Origin: a virus
Lineage: Duplodnaviria > Heunggongvirae > Uroviricota > Caudoviricetes
DNA: 64,000 bases
Direction: 5' to 3' (one strand)
IMG/VR virus record: IMGVR_UViG_3300022822_000008
In this document: positions 27,363-37,140 of the stretch, piece by piece
Numbering within the stretch: the stretch's first letter is position 1
Layout: each line of letters starts with the position of its first letter
The notes under the pieces: model-generated
Told to the model about the DNA's origin: nothing
Databases searched by the model: none
Seen by the model: the letters and a program-made list of their open reading frames with translations, nothing else
Position numbers and translations under genes: made by a program

Positions 27363-29705
27363 TTACCTAAATATGTAGATGTTTCTGTTTTTAATTATGA
27401 ATGTACCTATCGTAACGCTTAGTTTTACTGATACAGTATCTGAAGCAGGACCTATGTTAGTGTTCGTTAGTAAATTTATATTTTTTGACCTGCTATATAT
27501 TTTTGAACCTTCAGTTCTCGAAGAATTTGTTACTGCTATTGTGTCTTTGTAAATTTCGAAAATGCCTTCAGCGTTTGTATCATTTTCCCCATATACAGAA
27601 CCTCTTATTTCACTAAATCCAGATATTGTACCAAGACCGCTACAAACGTCACCTTTATTACCAGTTATAATGGTATTACTTAATGCACCAGATGGTGTAA
27701 ACATAGTGAAAGTACTTAAAATATTAATAGATAGCGATGGATTCCCTAATGGAGTTGTATAAGTAGCATTTGACATTGCAATGGCACCTGCTGTGGTTAG
27801 TAATCTACCTTCAAGAGCAAAAACATCACCTGGTGCAATTGCTCCAGAACCTATATAAGTACCTTTTATATCACAAGTCGCACCTATTGTTAAAGCACCA
27901 GAAACGCGCCAGAATATATTACTCGCCTTTGCTCCGTTTACTAATGTCGAAGTTGAAGTTGCACCTAATGCTAAAGCGGCTCCGCATATCACGACAAACA
28001 TAGCATCAGGATCACCTTCGGCGTCAAAAACAATATTACCAGTATGAGTGGCAGCTCCACCGATGAAATAAGTACCTTTTGTTATTATTTCGCCATTACC
28101 AAAACCTGCAACATGTGCTTGTTGGAATGATAAATTTACTATTTCGTTTATCAAAATATTTAGGTCTATTGCACACTGATCTGCTACATTAGCTGGAATG
28201 ACCTCATATTCCAATGATGACTCGATTCTATAATTTCCAGCAGTTACAAGTTGTGATATTCCATTAATGACAACAAAATCACCGACCGTTATTTCTTGTT
28301 CAGCAGATTCATTAAATTCGAAAGACGTTATTATGTCTTTTTCAACCCACGACAGTGAGCCATTCCCGTCAGTTTGTAATATAAAATTATTGCTGCCTCC
28401 GGATATTGATACGTTTCCAACATCGCCCAAGGAAGTATTACCGCTGAACGTTTTATTTCCTGCAATAGTTTGGTTACCAACTCTGTAGACTCCATTCGTT
28501 ACTGTGTCTGCATTTCCTGTCAAATCTCCAGTAATTCCTAGGACTGCAATGATTCCATTTTCTGTAAATTCGGCAGCAGTAAGTGGGCTAGCAAATGCGT
28601 TGGTTCCATTTGCAGTTACGTCAATAGTGATTTTACCGCCTTGATTATCTACAGATTGATTTTCGGTCGCAATCCAACTAATTTTAGCAGGACCGCGTAG
28701 CTGAAACCCATCATTAGTCATACCTTGACCAGCAATTACGAAAAGTATTTCGCCATCAAGCACTGGGTTAGGAATTGATGCAGTCCCATTATATCGTCTA
28801 CCTACCAAAACTGCGTAATTTTCAATTCCATCATAGTACGTCCTGTTTAAAAATCCAGAAGATCCAGTAGTGTGGATTAGAACACCTGTTTGATTCGCAG
28901 GAATGAAATCGCCATCATTATTGCCTATAATCTCAATTGCACCATCCAGGCTGTCTGAGTCAGGAGCAAAAACACGCAATCGCCCACCAGCCGATACACT
29001 AAATATAGGTTCAGAAAGTAATGCATTCTGAACGGTATCATCAGCAAATATATTAAGGCCTCCTATTACATCAATAAGACCCTCGCCGTTTGATTGAATT
29101 ACTATATGTTCGTTTGCATTTTGACTTCTCAATACAGCAACGTCTTCCACATCACCATTTGGGAATGTAACTTCTTGGACGTCAGTGATGAAATCGCCAA
29201 AATTAAAGGAGAGGCCTGAAGATTCAATGTTTAATATACCTTCTGAACTTATATTAACACCTGGAGCACCTCTAATCATACCTAATTTTGTTTGAGTCGC
29301 AGTCGGTAGCACATCAAATATATATTTTCTTTCTGTTGGATCGTAAGTTAAAAAATTACCTTCGGATCTTGTTAATGAGTTAACATCATCTAGCCCAGAG
29401 AAATTTACTTCACCACCTCCACCTATGGTCGACATCTGTGTCTGCAGTCGTTGAAGCAAAAGACCGTAATGTTCGTTCATCTGTTTCTGTGTTACAAAAT
29501 CTGTATTGACAAGTGGATCATTCCATCTACCTGCTTCTGAATTTTCGTTCACATCCTTTGTTCTGTTCAAGGATTTTGCAGTTTTTTCTATTGCAGATTC
29601 TGCAAATATGGCCGCTGGTTCTTTTTTAACATCACCTTTAGGTTTATTTTTTTGTAAATCTGAGGCTTCCTTTAAGAGTTTCTTTAAATCATTCATTGCG
29701 CTCAT
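27363..29705 (-). CDS. Fibre-like virion protein with DUF3494 ice-binding-like domain near the C-terminus
   Basis: N-terminal QRLQTQMSTIGGGGEV..SGLDDV fibre-type motif; GTY....A...G.IVFDAEGDPDAMFV...GAL......LVNGAKASNIFW.V.GA.TIG...GRLLTTAGAI. Confidence 0.75.
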   Translation of the reverse strand: MSAMNDLKKLLKEASDLQKNKPKGDVKKEPAAIFAESAIEKTAKSLNRTKDVNENSEAGRWNDPLVNTDFVTQKQMNEHYGLLLQRLQTQMSTIGGGGEVNFSGLDDVNSLTRSEGNFLTYDPTERKYIFDVLPTATQTKLGMIRGAPGVNISSEGILNIESSGLSFNFGDFITDVQEVTFPNGDVEDVAVLRSQNANEHIVIQSNGEGLIDVIGGLNIFADDTVQNALLSEPIFSVSAGGRLRVFAPDSDSLDGAIEIIGNNDGDFIPANQTGVLIHTTGSSGFLNRTYYDGIENYAVLVGRRYNGTASIPNPVLDGEILFVIAGQGMTNDGFQLRGPAKISWIATENQSVDNQGGKITIDVTANGTNAFASPLTAAEFTENGIIAVLGITGDLTGNADTVTNGVYRVGNQTIAGNKTFSGNTSLGDVGNVSISGGSNNFILQTDGNGSLSWVEKDIITSFEFNESAEQEITVGDFVVINGISQLVTAGNYRIESSLEYEVIPANVADQCAIDLNILINEIVNLSFQQAHVAGFGNGEIITKGTYFIGGAATHTGNIVFDAEGDPDAMFVVICGAALALGATSTSTLVNGAKASNIFWRVSGALTIGATCDIKGTYIGSGAIAPGDVFALEGRLLTTAGAIAMSNATYTTPLGNPSLSINILSTFTMFTPSGALSNTIITGNKGDVCSGLGTISGFSEIRGSVYGENDTNAEGIFEIYKDTIAVTNSSRTEGSKIYSRSKNINLLTNTNIGPASDTVSVKLSVTIGTFIIKNRNIYIFR

Positions 29706-29746
29706 ATTTGCAATCCTTATATCGATTAATTATTATACACATAATC

Positions 29747-30460
29747 TTATTTATAATAATTGGCAAAAGACGATATAAAGTCGTAATTCACTGCTGCAGA
29801 GTTTTCCCATATTGTTGATTTTCTTATCCATCCTAATGCAGCATTTGGACTTGCAATTTTTAATGGTATTACCGTACTTCTTTGATGTCTTATAAAATAC
29901 GCATTGTCTACGCATCCAAGGCGTCCTTTTGTCTCAATTTCTTTAATCATCATTTGTGCTGTTTTCTTTGTTATGGCATACGCGTGGGCACCCTCATGAC
30001 CATCTATATCAATAAGTTCGGATGTTGGACCTGCTGATTTATAATCATAATTATGCGGATCTGTAACTTTATAACCAAGAACTACTATAAAACCATCGGG
30101 AATTTCTATGTCAATAGGATTAATCATAACAGCATCATGTTCTAAAATTATTGCTACTTTGTCGCTACCTTCTGCTATTTTCTTCCATATTGCCGCATGA
30201 CCTGCAGTACAGCATTCCGCTTTTTCGCCAGCAGATAAATTAGGTTCGTGAGGAGGATTTGCAACTTTAGGCCATTTAAAAGGTCTGCCTTCACTCAGCG
30301 TCAAATTTATGCCAGTCAGTCCCCAAGCATAACCTCCGCGCATATCTTGATAACCTTCAAAAAATTCCCAATTGATATCAAGTGCATTACATGAAGATGC
30401 TGCCATGCTAGCGTATTCCATAGAAATATGATTCTTTATTCTCAATATGTAGGCCTTCAT
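29747..30460 (-). CDS. Glycosyltransferase GT25-like
   Basis: CCTAGHAAIWKKI, IILEHDA, GAHAYAIT..TAQ.MI, D. Confidence 0.7.
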   Translation of the reverse strand: MKAYILRIKNHISMEYASMAASSCNALDINWEFFEGYQDMRGGYAWGLTGINLTLSEGRPFKWPKVANPPHEPNLSAGEKAECCTAGHAAIWKKIAEGSDKVAIILEHDAVMINPIDIEIPDGFIVVLGYKVTDPHNYDYKSAGPTSELIDIDGHEGAHAYAITKKTAQMMIKEIETKGRLGCVDNAYFIRHQRSTVIPLKIASPNAALGWIRKSTIWENSAAVNYDFISSFANYYK

Positions 30461-31113
30461 TAATACATCCCCTCAGCATATCCAATCGAACCTGGCATAC
30501 CTGTTGAACCCCAAAATTGATTAGCGTAAATTTTCCCAGGTCCGTCATAACGAGGAGAACCTTTGGCATACCATTGAGGTATTAAAGTATAACTAGGCCA
30601 TATAGTCAGTTTATCGGTGTATCGATGGGTAATTTTTGATAGCATGTGATTTCCAGTTGTCATGAATGGTTGGGGATGTAATTGGTGAGGTTTTAAGGTG
30701 TGTAGTATTTCAAGTATATCTTTCAGTACTTTATTGCCTGGATTTGCTGCCAATATTGGACAAACATAACCGGGCTTTGCTTTTTGATTTTCATAACAGG
30801 TGTAAGCATAGTGAGCAGGATCTTTAAACAGTTCGTCTGTGTTGTGTAAACATTCTGAATCTGCTGGGGGTATAAATCCTCCTTTTTCGTAAAGAAGTTC
30901 ATAACGCATTAAGTCAGCAACGCCTGCCCATGCTTTTTTGTTATAATAATGTTCTATTAATTCTTGGTTGTACCATTTTCGATTTTTCAACATCTCATCA
31001 GTGAATATGCTATAATCCCAATCTGGATGTTTATTGGGCCAAGTATCTAACCATTTCATCGGTGCTGGATTTGGTCCTATCCAAATATGCATCATATTCT
31101 TTTTTAGGTTCAT
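30460..31113 (-). CDS. Glycosyltransferase GT32 / DXD sugar-binding family
   Basis: HIWIGP, ADLMRYELLYEKGGFI..AD, TTGN..L. Confidence 0.78.
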   Translation of the reverse strand: MNLKKNMMHIWIGPNPAPMKWLDTWPNKHPDWDYSIFTDEMLKNRKWYNQELIEHYYNKKAWAGVADLMRYELLYEKGGFIPPADSECLHNTDELFKDPAHYAYTCYENQKAKPGYVCPILAANPGNKVLKDILEILHTLKPHQLHPQPFMTTGNHMLSKITHRYTDKLTIWPSYTLIPQWYAKGSPRYDGPGKIYANQFWGSTGMPGSIGYAEGMY

Positions 31114-31137
31114 AGTGTAAATCCCTTGTGGTTTACA

Positions 31138-32343
31138 TTATTTATGCCAACCTTTAATATATTCTTCTGAAAAATTTGCATTACTAAACTGAAGACGATC
31201 CACCAATTTAGAGGTATTATTACTAAAATTGTCTATAGCGACAAATCCTTCTTGGCTCGTTACTTCAAAACCTTTTTTTGTCTTCAACAAAGTTTTTAAG
31301 CCATCTGAATTATTCATCTTGTTTATGATCATATGCTTTGCATCGACAATTAGATTATACATTTCAAATACATCTTCAATATCTTTGGCTTCATGTTCGG
31401 AAAAATAATAAAGTACGGAATGCATCTTATCCATTTGTGCTATTTTTCCGGCCGCAGTCTTGCGAGTATCTGCTTGTTTCGCATAATGATTACCAATATA
31501 TGTAATGAGACCTTTTATAAATCTTTTTGGTTCACCAACTCTTTCTCCTATACGAACCATAGAATTGATGTAAACATTCACGCGGCTGTTTAGTTCTAAA
31601 TCAGATGATAATCCTTCAAGAGCACCTTTACTTATTGTGTTGAATATTTTGCCAGCATCAGACAATTTCTTGGTCAGGACCGCGACTTGAACTTCTGAAA
31701 AGGTAGCAGTACCTGAAGTGTCTTGATATTTTGCGTCAACACACCACACAGAACTTATTTCCTTGAGTTTGCTTGTGATCTCTTCTCCAAATGAAGCAGA
31801 CATTGTTTCAAAAGTTTCTCCTCTGTAAGTAGTGTGCCATACCACTCCGATGTCGGAACGTACAATTTTTTCTGCTTGTTTAGATTCTTTAGGTATCGCG
31901 TAAACGATGGTATTAGGATGAAAAGTAATATGCTCCGCTCCATCAATTTTAACTTGTTTGAGATCTTTGCTCGTATATAAGAGATCACCCTGTATTACTC
32001 CTTTTATGCCTATCTTTGAAAGTTCAACGAGAGCTATCTTAAATACCGAAGCAAGTTCAGGATTAAGATCATCGTCTATTTCTGTGATTGTTTTATATAT
32101 TTTTGGATTTTTATTGAAGATGCCTTTTTTGGCAATGAAGAATTTACCGTCGGTTGGGTCTATTCCTGCGAACAGTGACGGAGAACCATCCCATTTTACA
32201 GATACCGATACTGGAGCATCTGTGTTTCCGCTTATCATGTTGCGAAGATTTCTTAGCAGGTTAATAGCATTTCTGGTACCTACAACTCCACCGTTAATTA
32301 CGGAATCCTCCAGATGATTGATATGTAAATTTTGTTTACTCAT
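31138..32343 (-). CDS. Conserved marine T4-like protein (DUF6267-like)
   Basis: NLHINHLED, SVKWDGSPS.FAG..P..GKFF.AKKG.FNK, EGFVAID, KLVDRL.FS.ANF. Confidence 0.7.
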   Translation of the reverse strand: MSKQNLHINHLEDSVINGGVVGTRNAINLLRNLRNMISGNTDAPVSVSVKWDGSPSLFAGIDPTDGKFFIAKKGIFNKNPKIYKTITEIDDDLNPELASVFKIALVELSKIGIKGVIQGDLLYTSKDLKQVKIDGAEHITFHPNTIVYAIPKESKQAEKIVRSDIGVVWHTTYRGETFETMSASFGEEITSKLKEISSVWCVDAKYQDTSGTATFSEVQVAVLTKKLSDAGKIFNTISKGALEGLSSDLELNSRVNVYINSMVRIGERVGEPKRFIKGLITYIGNHYAKQADTRKTAAGKIAQMDKMHSVLYYFSEHEAKDIEDVFEMYNLIVDAKHMIINKMNNSDGLKTLLKTKKGFEVTSQEGFVAIDNFSNNTSKLVDRLQFSNANFSEEYIKGWHK

Positions 32344-32374
32344 TTTTTTGACTCATTATTAATTCAGTGTGGAC

Positions 32375-32403
32375 ATTATAACAAGTATGAGAGTGTCTGT
32401 CAA
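32375..32403 (-). promoter_or_regulatory. Sigma70-type promoter
   Basis: TTGACA-17-TATAAT. Confidence 0.7.
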
Positions 32404-32408
32404 CCAAT

Positions 32409-33482
32409 TTATTTCTTTTTGAAGTCGCACATTAGATGAGACGGATATGCATGTGTAGCTTGTTTGTTTCTAAGATTGAGGCTGAATTTGTATAAAGACG
32501 ATTCATATTCTATATTTATCCGCTTAGATGATCCACGCTTTCCACCATAAAAAATGGTGACTTTTGAAGTTATCTCTACCGATTTTTCCATTAAATCTTT
32601 ATCAACTTTATAACTTTCAATCTTCGATCCTTTATGGTGTATAACATGATACCCAAAACCCACACCAGATTGCATCAAAGCTTCGATGTCTTCTTTTCTG
32701 GGATTCTCAACTTCTACTTTCACCCCGCCTTCTGGTAAAGTACCATTAAAAGTATCATAAACCAAATTTGGTTCTATGTCAAATATTTTTAACAATCTTA
32801 GACCATTTTCATTAACAAGATTTCTAGTCGACAATTCGGATGCAGGTAATATTCGACCAACACCAACGTTGAAAAAGGTGGTTGTTGGTCCCAATTTAAG
32901 ACTTAAGTGAACTTCTTGGTTGTCTATCATTACAGTGAGGTCAGTTACCGTTTTTCCTATGTCATAACCAGACCCAAATTTATTTGCTAATGTTACACGT
33001 TCACCAAATTCTAGTGGCCGCCTTGTACAAGCAGCACCAACTTCCAAAACTTTAAAGTCTTTTGCTGATGCAAGGTTATAGGTTTTGTCGAGATCATCAA
33101 TGGAATCTAGAGTTGCTTTGTCGATTTTATCCAGATCGCGACTTCGCCAAAAATTTAGAGATTTCATGAATTGACTTTCAAATAATATACCACGATTATT
33201 AGCACCACGATTGCCGGAACTTCCGTTACCAAATTTCAAACTAAAGGTTGTGAATCCAGTATGCTGTTGAATTTCTTTTAATGTCATACAGTCTTGTATT
33301 TCACGAGTTACGTTTATTTTGGTATTCTTTCCAATATCAAAATTTAGTGGATTTCCTATGGCGGGCAAGGACGATCTGAGATAACGCCAGACCTCCTTTA
33401 TTTCTTTTACTTGTTTTTTGCCCCAAGGTTTAAGTTCACTATCTATCTGCTCGTAAGTACTTGGAAATATTGAATAAGCCAT
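32409..33482 (-). CDS. Hypothetical protein, possible PD-(D/E)XK-type nuclease
   Basis: G.LFE, TDLTV, HLSLK pattern. Confidence 0.5.
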   Translation of the reverse strand: MAYSIFPSTYEQIDSELKPWGKKQVKEIKEVWRYLRSSLPAIGNPLNFDIGKNTKINVTREIQDCMTLKEIQQHTGFTTFSLKFGNGSSGNRGANNRGILFESQFMKSLNFWRSRDLDKIDKATLDSIDDLDKTYNLASAKDFKVLEVGAACTRRPLEFGERVTLANKFGSGYDIGKTVTDLTVMIDNQEVHLSLKLGPTTTFFNVGVGRILPASELSTRNLVNENGLRLLKIFDIEPNLVYDTFNGTLPEGGVKVEVENPRKEDIEALMQSGVGFGYHVIHHKGSKIESYKVDKDLMEKSVEITSKVTIFYGGKRGSSKRINIEYESSLYKFSLNLRNKQATHAYPSHLMCDFKKK

Positions 33483-33498
33483 CTTTTTTCTCTCTAGG

Positions 33499-33960
33499 TT
33501 ATATTAAGGAACTACCGCTACCGAATATGTCTTTTTTACCTTTCGCTGTGGCAAACGGTGCATCATTGGCAAAACTCTGACTTCCGCCAGTTGCTCTTTT
33601 ACTGGTGTCCATATTGACATTACTTTGTGCTGATTGTTCAAGGTTGTATATTTTCATTTTTGCTCGGTCTATACCCACATTAAATCTGCGATTATGACTC
33701 AGGTCACCCCAACGATTTTTCAGTTGTTTGATACACAGTTGGTCAAGTTCATCTAATTGCTCAGATGTAATTAAAGCGAGAATACAATCTGCAGTGTGTG
33801 TAATACCCATCGACTCAGATGTATTAGTCAAATCGACATCAGAATTCGAGTTATGCGTTAGTATATTGTTAGCATAAAATAAATGATTACCCGAGACCTC
33901 GATATCTACGGTTTTTCTTTTACCTAATTTTTCAATTGAGATTATCTCATCTTGCATCAT
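33499..33960 (-). CDS. 41: Replicative helicase gp41, C-terminal fragment with split-intein C-part (33850-33960)
   Basis: DIEVSGNHLFYANNILTHN|SNSDVDLTNTSESMG; KQLKNRWGD. Confidence 0.93.
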   Translation of the reverse strand: MMQDEIISIEKLGKRKTVDIEVSGNHLFYANNILTHNSNSDVDLTNTSESMGITHTADCILALITSEQLDELDQLCIKQLKNRWGDLSHNRRFNVGIDRAKMKIYNLEQSAQSNVNMDTSKRATGGSQSFANDAPFATAKGKKDIFGSGSSLI

Positions 33961-34717
33961 AATATTTTCCTTTTGATATAATTTTTAGTTTTGATTTTGG
34001 GTGGATTTTGTCAGTTCTTTTAGAATAAGCATACAGTGATAAAAATTCCCTTTCCGTGAGTTGCAGGTATTGTTCTACATCGCTTCTTAATGCATCCGTA
34101 CATAAGCATTCGCCATTTTCATCTATAACATCATAAATACTAGCGAATGGAGATTTACCGCCGTTCTCGAAAAAATTTAGTTTATATTCAGACATTTTTT
34201 TACGAGTTTCTTTAGTGTGTTTAGTACTGTGAGGTATTAATTCACCGCTTGAAAACTTTCGTTTTTTAGTTTCACTAATTTTAGCACGAGTTTCCTTTGT
34301 TACTTCTTTACCATATCTTGGGTTGTTCTCTCCAGATGTAGCTTTGCTTATTTTCTGCTTCGTTTCATCGGATCTTTCTCTATCCTTATTCCAAGAACCA
34401 CATTCTTTATATTTAAGCTTCATTGATATCGACATCTTTATCTTTTGTTCGTCTGATATAGTTTTACCTTTACCTACAGCTCCGCCCTTTTTGCCAGCTT
34501 CCGAAGCACCCTGAATAAATTTGCCGTTCAGAGCGACCGGATCACCTTGGTTATAATGTATTTCCCAATGTTCTTTAGGTGTTACACACAATAAATTTTC
34601 AGGTGAGTTATTGTTTCTATCACCGTCAATATGATGTATGTGATTGCCAGCTGGTATAACTTTGCTGTTATATTCTTCCCATATTTTCCTGTAATTTGTT
34701 TTTGTCCTTTGATTCAT
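33947..34717 (-). mobile_element. Free-standing HNH homing endonuclease with NUMOD3 repeats
   Basis: HIHHIDGDRNNNSPENL..VT..EH..IH; SDETKQKISKA..GENNP.YGK..T.ETRAKIS; late promoter TATAAATA at 34751-34758. Confidence 0.88.
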
Positions 34718-34766
34718 GTTTATTCCTATATGATGTTGGTTTAACAAACATATTTATAAATAATCA

Positions 34767-36101
34767 TTATTCCAGAGCAAATAATTTATTGCCTACGCTC
34801 AACCCAGTGTTGATAGTAAGCTCAGTATCTTCTCCTTGTACGGGAAATTTATGGTCAGCTGAACATATTATGGATTTACCACTTTTTGTTCTTATTAAAT
34901 ACACTTCAGTTTCTTTTTGTGCAAATACAGCTTTTACTGTATTATAGCCACTATCAGATAGAATCACATCGCCAACCTCAAGGTCTTTGATTTTTTTATC
35001 GCCATTTTCAGTATTTACTATAGTATCCAAATCGAGACAATATCCGTCACGGTTGAACTGAGATGATGTAACAACAGCGCAGTTATGTTCCATTGCGAGA
35101 CCACGAACTTCTTCGGCTATTGATTTAACAAGTGTGTATGAGTTTGCTGCTGCAGCACCTTTTACTCGCGCCGATGCACAGATGTTTAGATAATCTATGA
35201 ATATGATATCCGGAGCAAAGTTCTTTTTCATCTTCAATTCATTAAGCAAATGACGAAAATGTCCTGCGTGTGCTGAACCAGTAGGATATTCCTTGATAAC
35301 TAATTTACCAGTCGTTTTTCCTTTGATCCGACCCAAACGTTTTTCGTAAACATCACGAGGCAATTGACTGACTTCATCAATAGTAATGTCCAACATGTTA
35401 GCATCTATACGTTCTGCGATTCTTTCTTCGGCCATTTCCATGGTAATATACAAGACATTTTTACCGAACATCAGATGATTTGCTGCCATATGACATTTGA
35501 CAAGTGATTTTCCACCTCCAGTAGTCGCAAGCAATACAGTCATAGATTTTCTAGGTAATCCACCTTTGGTTATAGAATTAAGAATGTCTATATCAAACGG
35601 TATGCGTTCTTCTTTTTTGTGGTAAAAATCATAGCGACTTTCGAACTGATCAAGATAATCGTGGCCCACACTAGAATCAAAATTGATACCCAGCGAATCA
35701 GATAGCAATTTTGGTATAGAACCCTTATCATTATCTTTATCTTGTCCGTCCAAAATAAGAATCGCCTGACGAATTGAATTGTAAAGGTCTTTATCTTGGC
35801 AGAATTTTTCAGTTTCATTCAATAAAAATTCGTGGTTGGTATCAGTATCAACAACAAGACTGCCAACAATTTTCATCACTTCGCCGTATGAATCTTCACT
35901 TAAATCTGTGCGTTTATCAAGCGATATTTTAAGCGCCTCCACTGAAGGAGACGCCTTATATTGCTCGACATAATCTGAGAAAGTTAAAAAGATTTTCCGT
36001 AAAGAGTTATCTTCAAAATATTCATCTTTAATAAATGGGAATACCTTTTTCTGATATTCGTCATTGTGTATTAAATTAGATAGTATCGTCGTTTCCAGCA
36101 T
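34767..36101 (-). CDS. 41: Replicative helicase gp41, N-terminal fragment with split-intein N-part (34770-35039)
   Basis: ATTGGGKS, YITMEMAEE.IAERID, IDYLNI, SSQFNRDGY|CLDLDT; intein block B IICSADHKFP. Confidence 0.93.
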   Translation of the reverse strand: MLETTILSNLIHNDEYQKKVFPFIKDEYFEDNSLRKIFLTFSDYVEQYKASPSVEALKISLDKRTDLSEDSYGEVMKIVGSLVVDTDTNHEFLLNETEKFCQDKDLYNSIRQAILILDGQDKDNDKGSIPKLLSDSLGINFDSSVGHDYLDQFESRYDFYHKKEERIPFDIDILNSITKGGLPRKSMTVLLATTGGGKSLVKCHMAANHLMFGKNVLYITMEMAEERIAERIDANMLDITIDEVSQLPRDVYEKRLGRIKGKTTGKLVIKEYPTGSAHAGHFRHLLNELKMKKNFAPDIIFIDYLNICASARVKGAAAANSYTLVKSIAEEVRGLAMEHNCAVVTSSQFNRDGYCLDLDTIVNTENGDKKIKDLEVGDVILSDSGYNTVKAVFAQKETEVYLIRTKSGKSIICSADHKFPVQGEDTELTINTGLSVGNKLFALE

Positions 36102-37140
36102 CTTCTTCTTCACCTTGCATGTTAGCAGCATTTAATTTAAAGCGGAACTCGACGTGTTTTTTGAATGCTTCATCTTCAATAAGACCTTCAAAGAAACTGT
36201 TATCAGATTCGATATCTTTCAAACGGCGTTTGGGTTCAATGACTTCACCTGTTGACATATCGACAACGTTATACCAACCTTGCGTTCCGCCTTTAACAAT
36301 ATGACCAGACTCTAGTGCTAGGTCAAACAGTGCAGACCATTTCTGGATTCCGCCGTCATACATAACTTTGAAAGGTAATTTTGCTTTTTCCTTTACATAT
36401 CGAGATTTTTCAATGTTGATAGTAAATTTCCATCCAGCAAGTTCGGTGCCTTCTTTTTCCTGTGATTTGCCTATGATGAATACTTGGTTTGCTGAATACA
36501 TAATTCCAGTACCACCAGATACGATATTCTTAGGAAATAAACCAATTTCTTGATAGATATGATTTATTGCAATGCAGGGAATATCACGTTTAGTAATTTT
36601 AGGTGTAATCATACGAAACAAGGATTTTAATTGCTTTGCACGAGTCATATCGGCCACAGATTTTTCTGCCTTTGCATCTTCAATTTCTTTCTTTGATGCA
36701 AGATTACCAATAGAGTCGATCATAATGAAAACATCATCACCCTTTACAATATCATCAAGTCGTTTTACAATATCAAATTTTAATTCTTCAATATCTTCAA
36801 TTGGAATATGCAATACTCTATCCAGAGGAATTCCGTAACTTGAAAGATACTCAGGTGTTATGCCATACTCAGAATCATATAATAAAGCGATACCTTTTTT
36901 GTGTTTGGTTAAGTATGCCTTCATACAGTACAGCCCAAGTAAAGTTTTAAAACTTTTCGAGACACCTGCCAGAACGGTCAATCCTGGGATCAAACCTCCA
37001 TCCAACGATCCGCTGAACGCAATATCTAATATTGGCAATTCAGTCTTTATTGGGTTTTTTGCGTCAAAGAATTTTGACTTAGATAGAACATCAGTACCTT
37101 TTATCGAGCCTGATTTTAACATTTTATCCATTATGCTCAT
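36076..37140 (-). CDS. uvsX: RecA-like recombinase UvsX
   Basis: AGVSKSFKT, YDSEYG, DSIGNLASKKE, ADMTRAK, GGTG. Confidence 0.95.
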   Translation of the reverse strand: MSIMDKMLKSGSIKGTDVLSKSKFFDAKNPIKTELPILDIAFSGSLDGGLIPGLTVLAGVSKSFKTLLGLYCMKAYLTKHKKGIALLYDSEYGITPEYLSSYGIPLDRVLHIPIEDIEELKFDIVKRLDDIVKGDDVFIMIDSIGNLASKKEIEDAKAEKSVADMTRAKQLKSLFRMITPKITKRDIPCIAINHIYQEIGLFPKNIVSGGTGIMYSANQVFIIGKSQEKEGTELAGWKFTINIEKSRYVKEKAKLPFKVMYDGGIQKWSALFDLALESGHIVKGGTQGWYNVVDMSTGEVIEPKRRLKDIESDNSFFEGLIEDEAFKKHVEFRFKLNAANMQGEEEDAGNDDTI

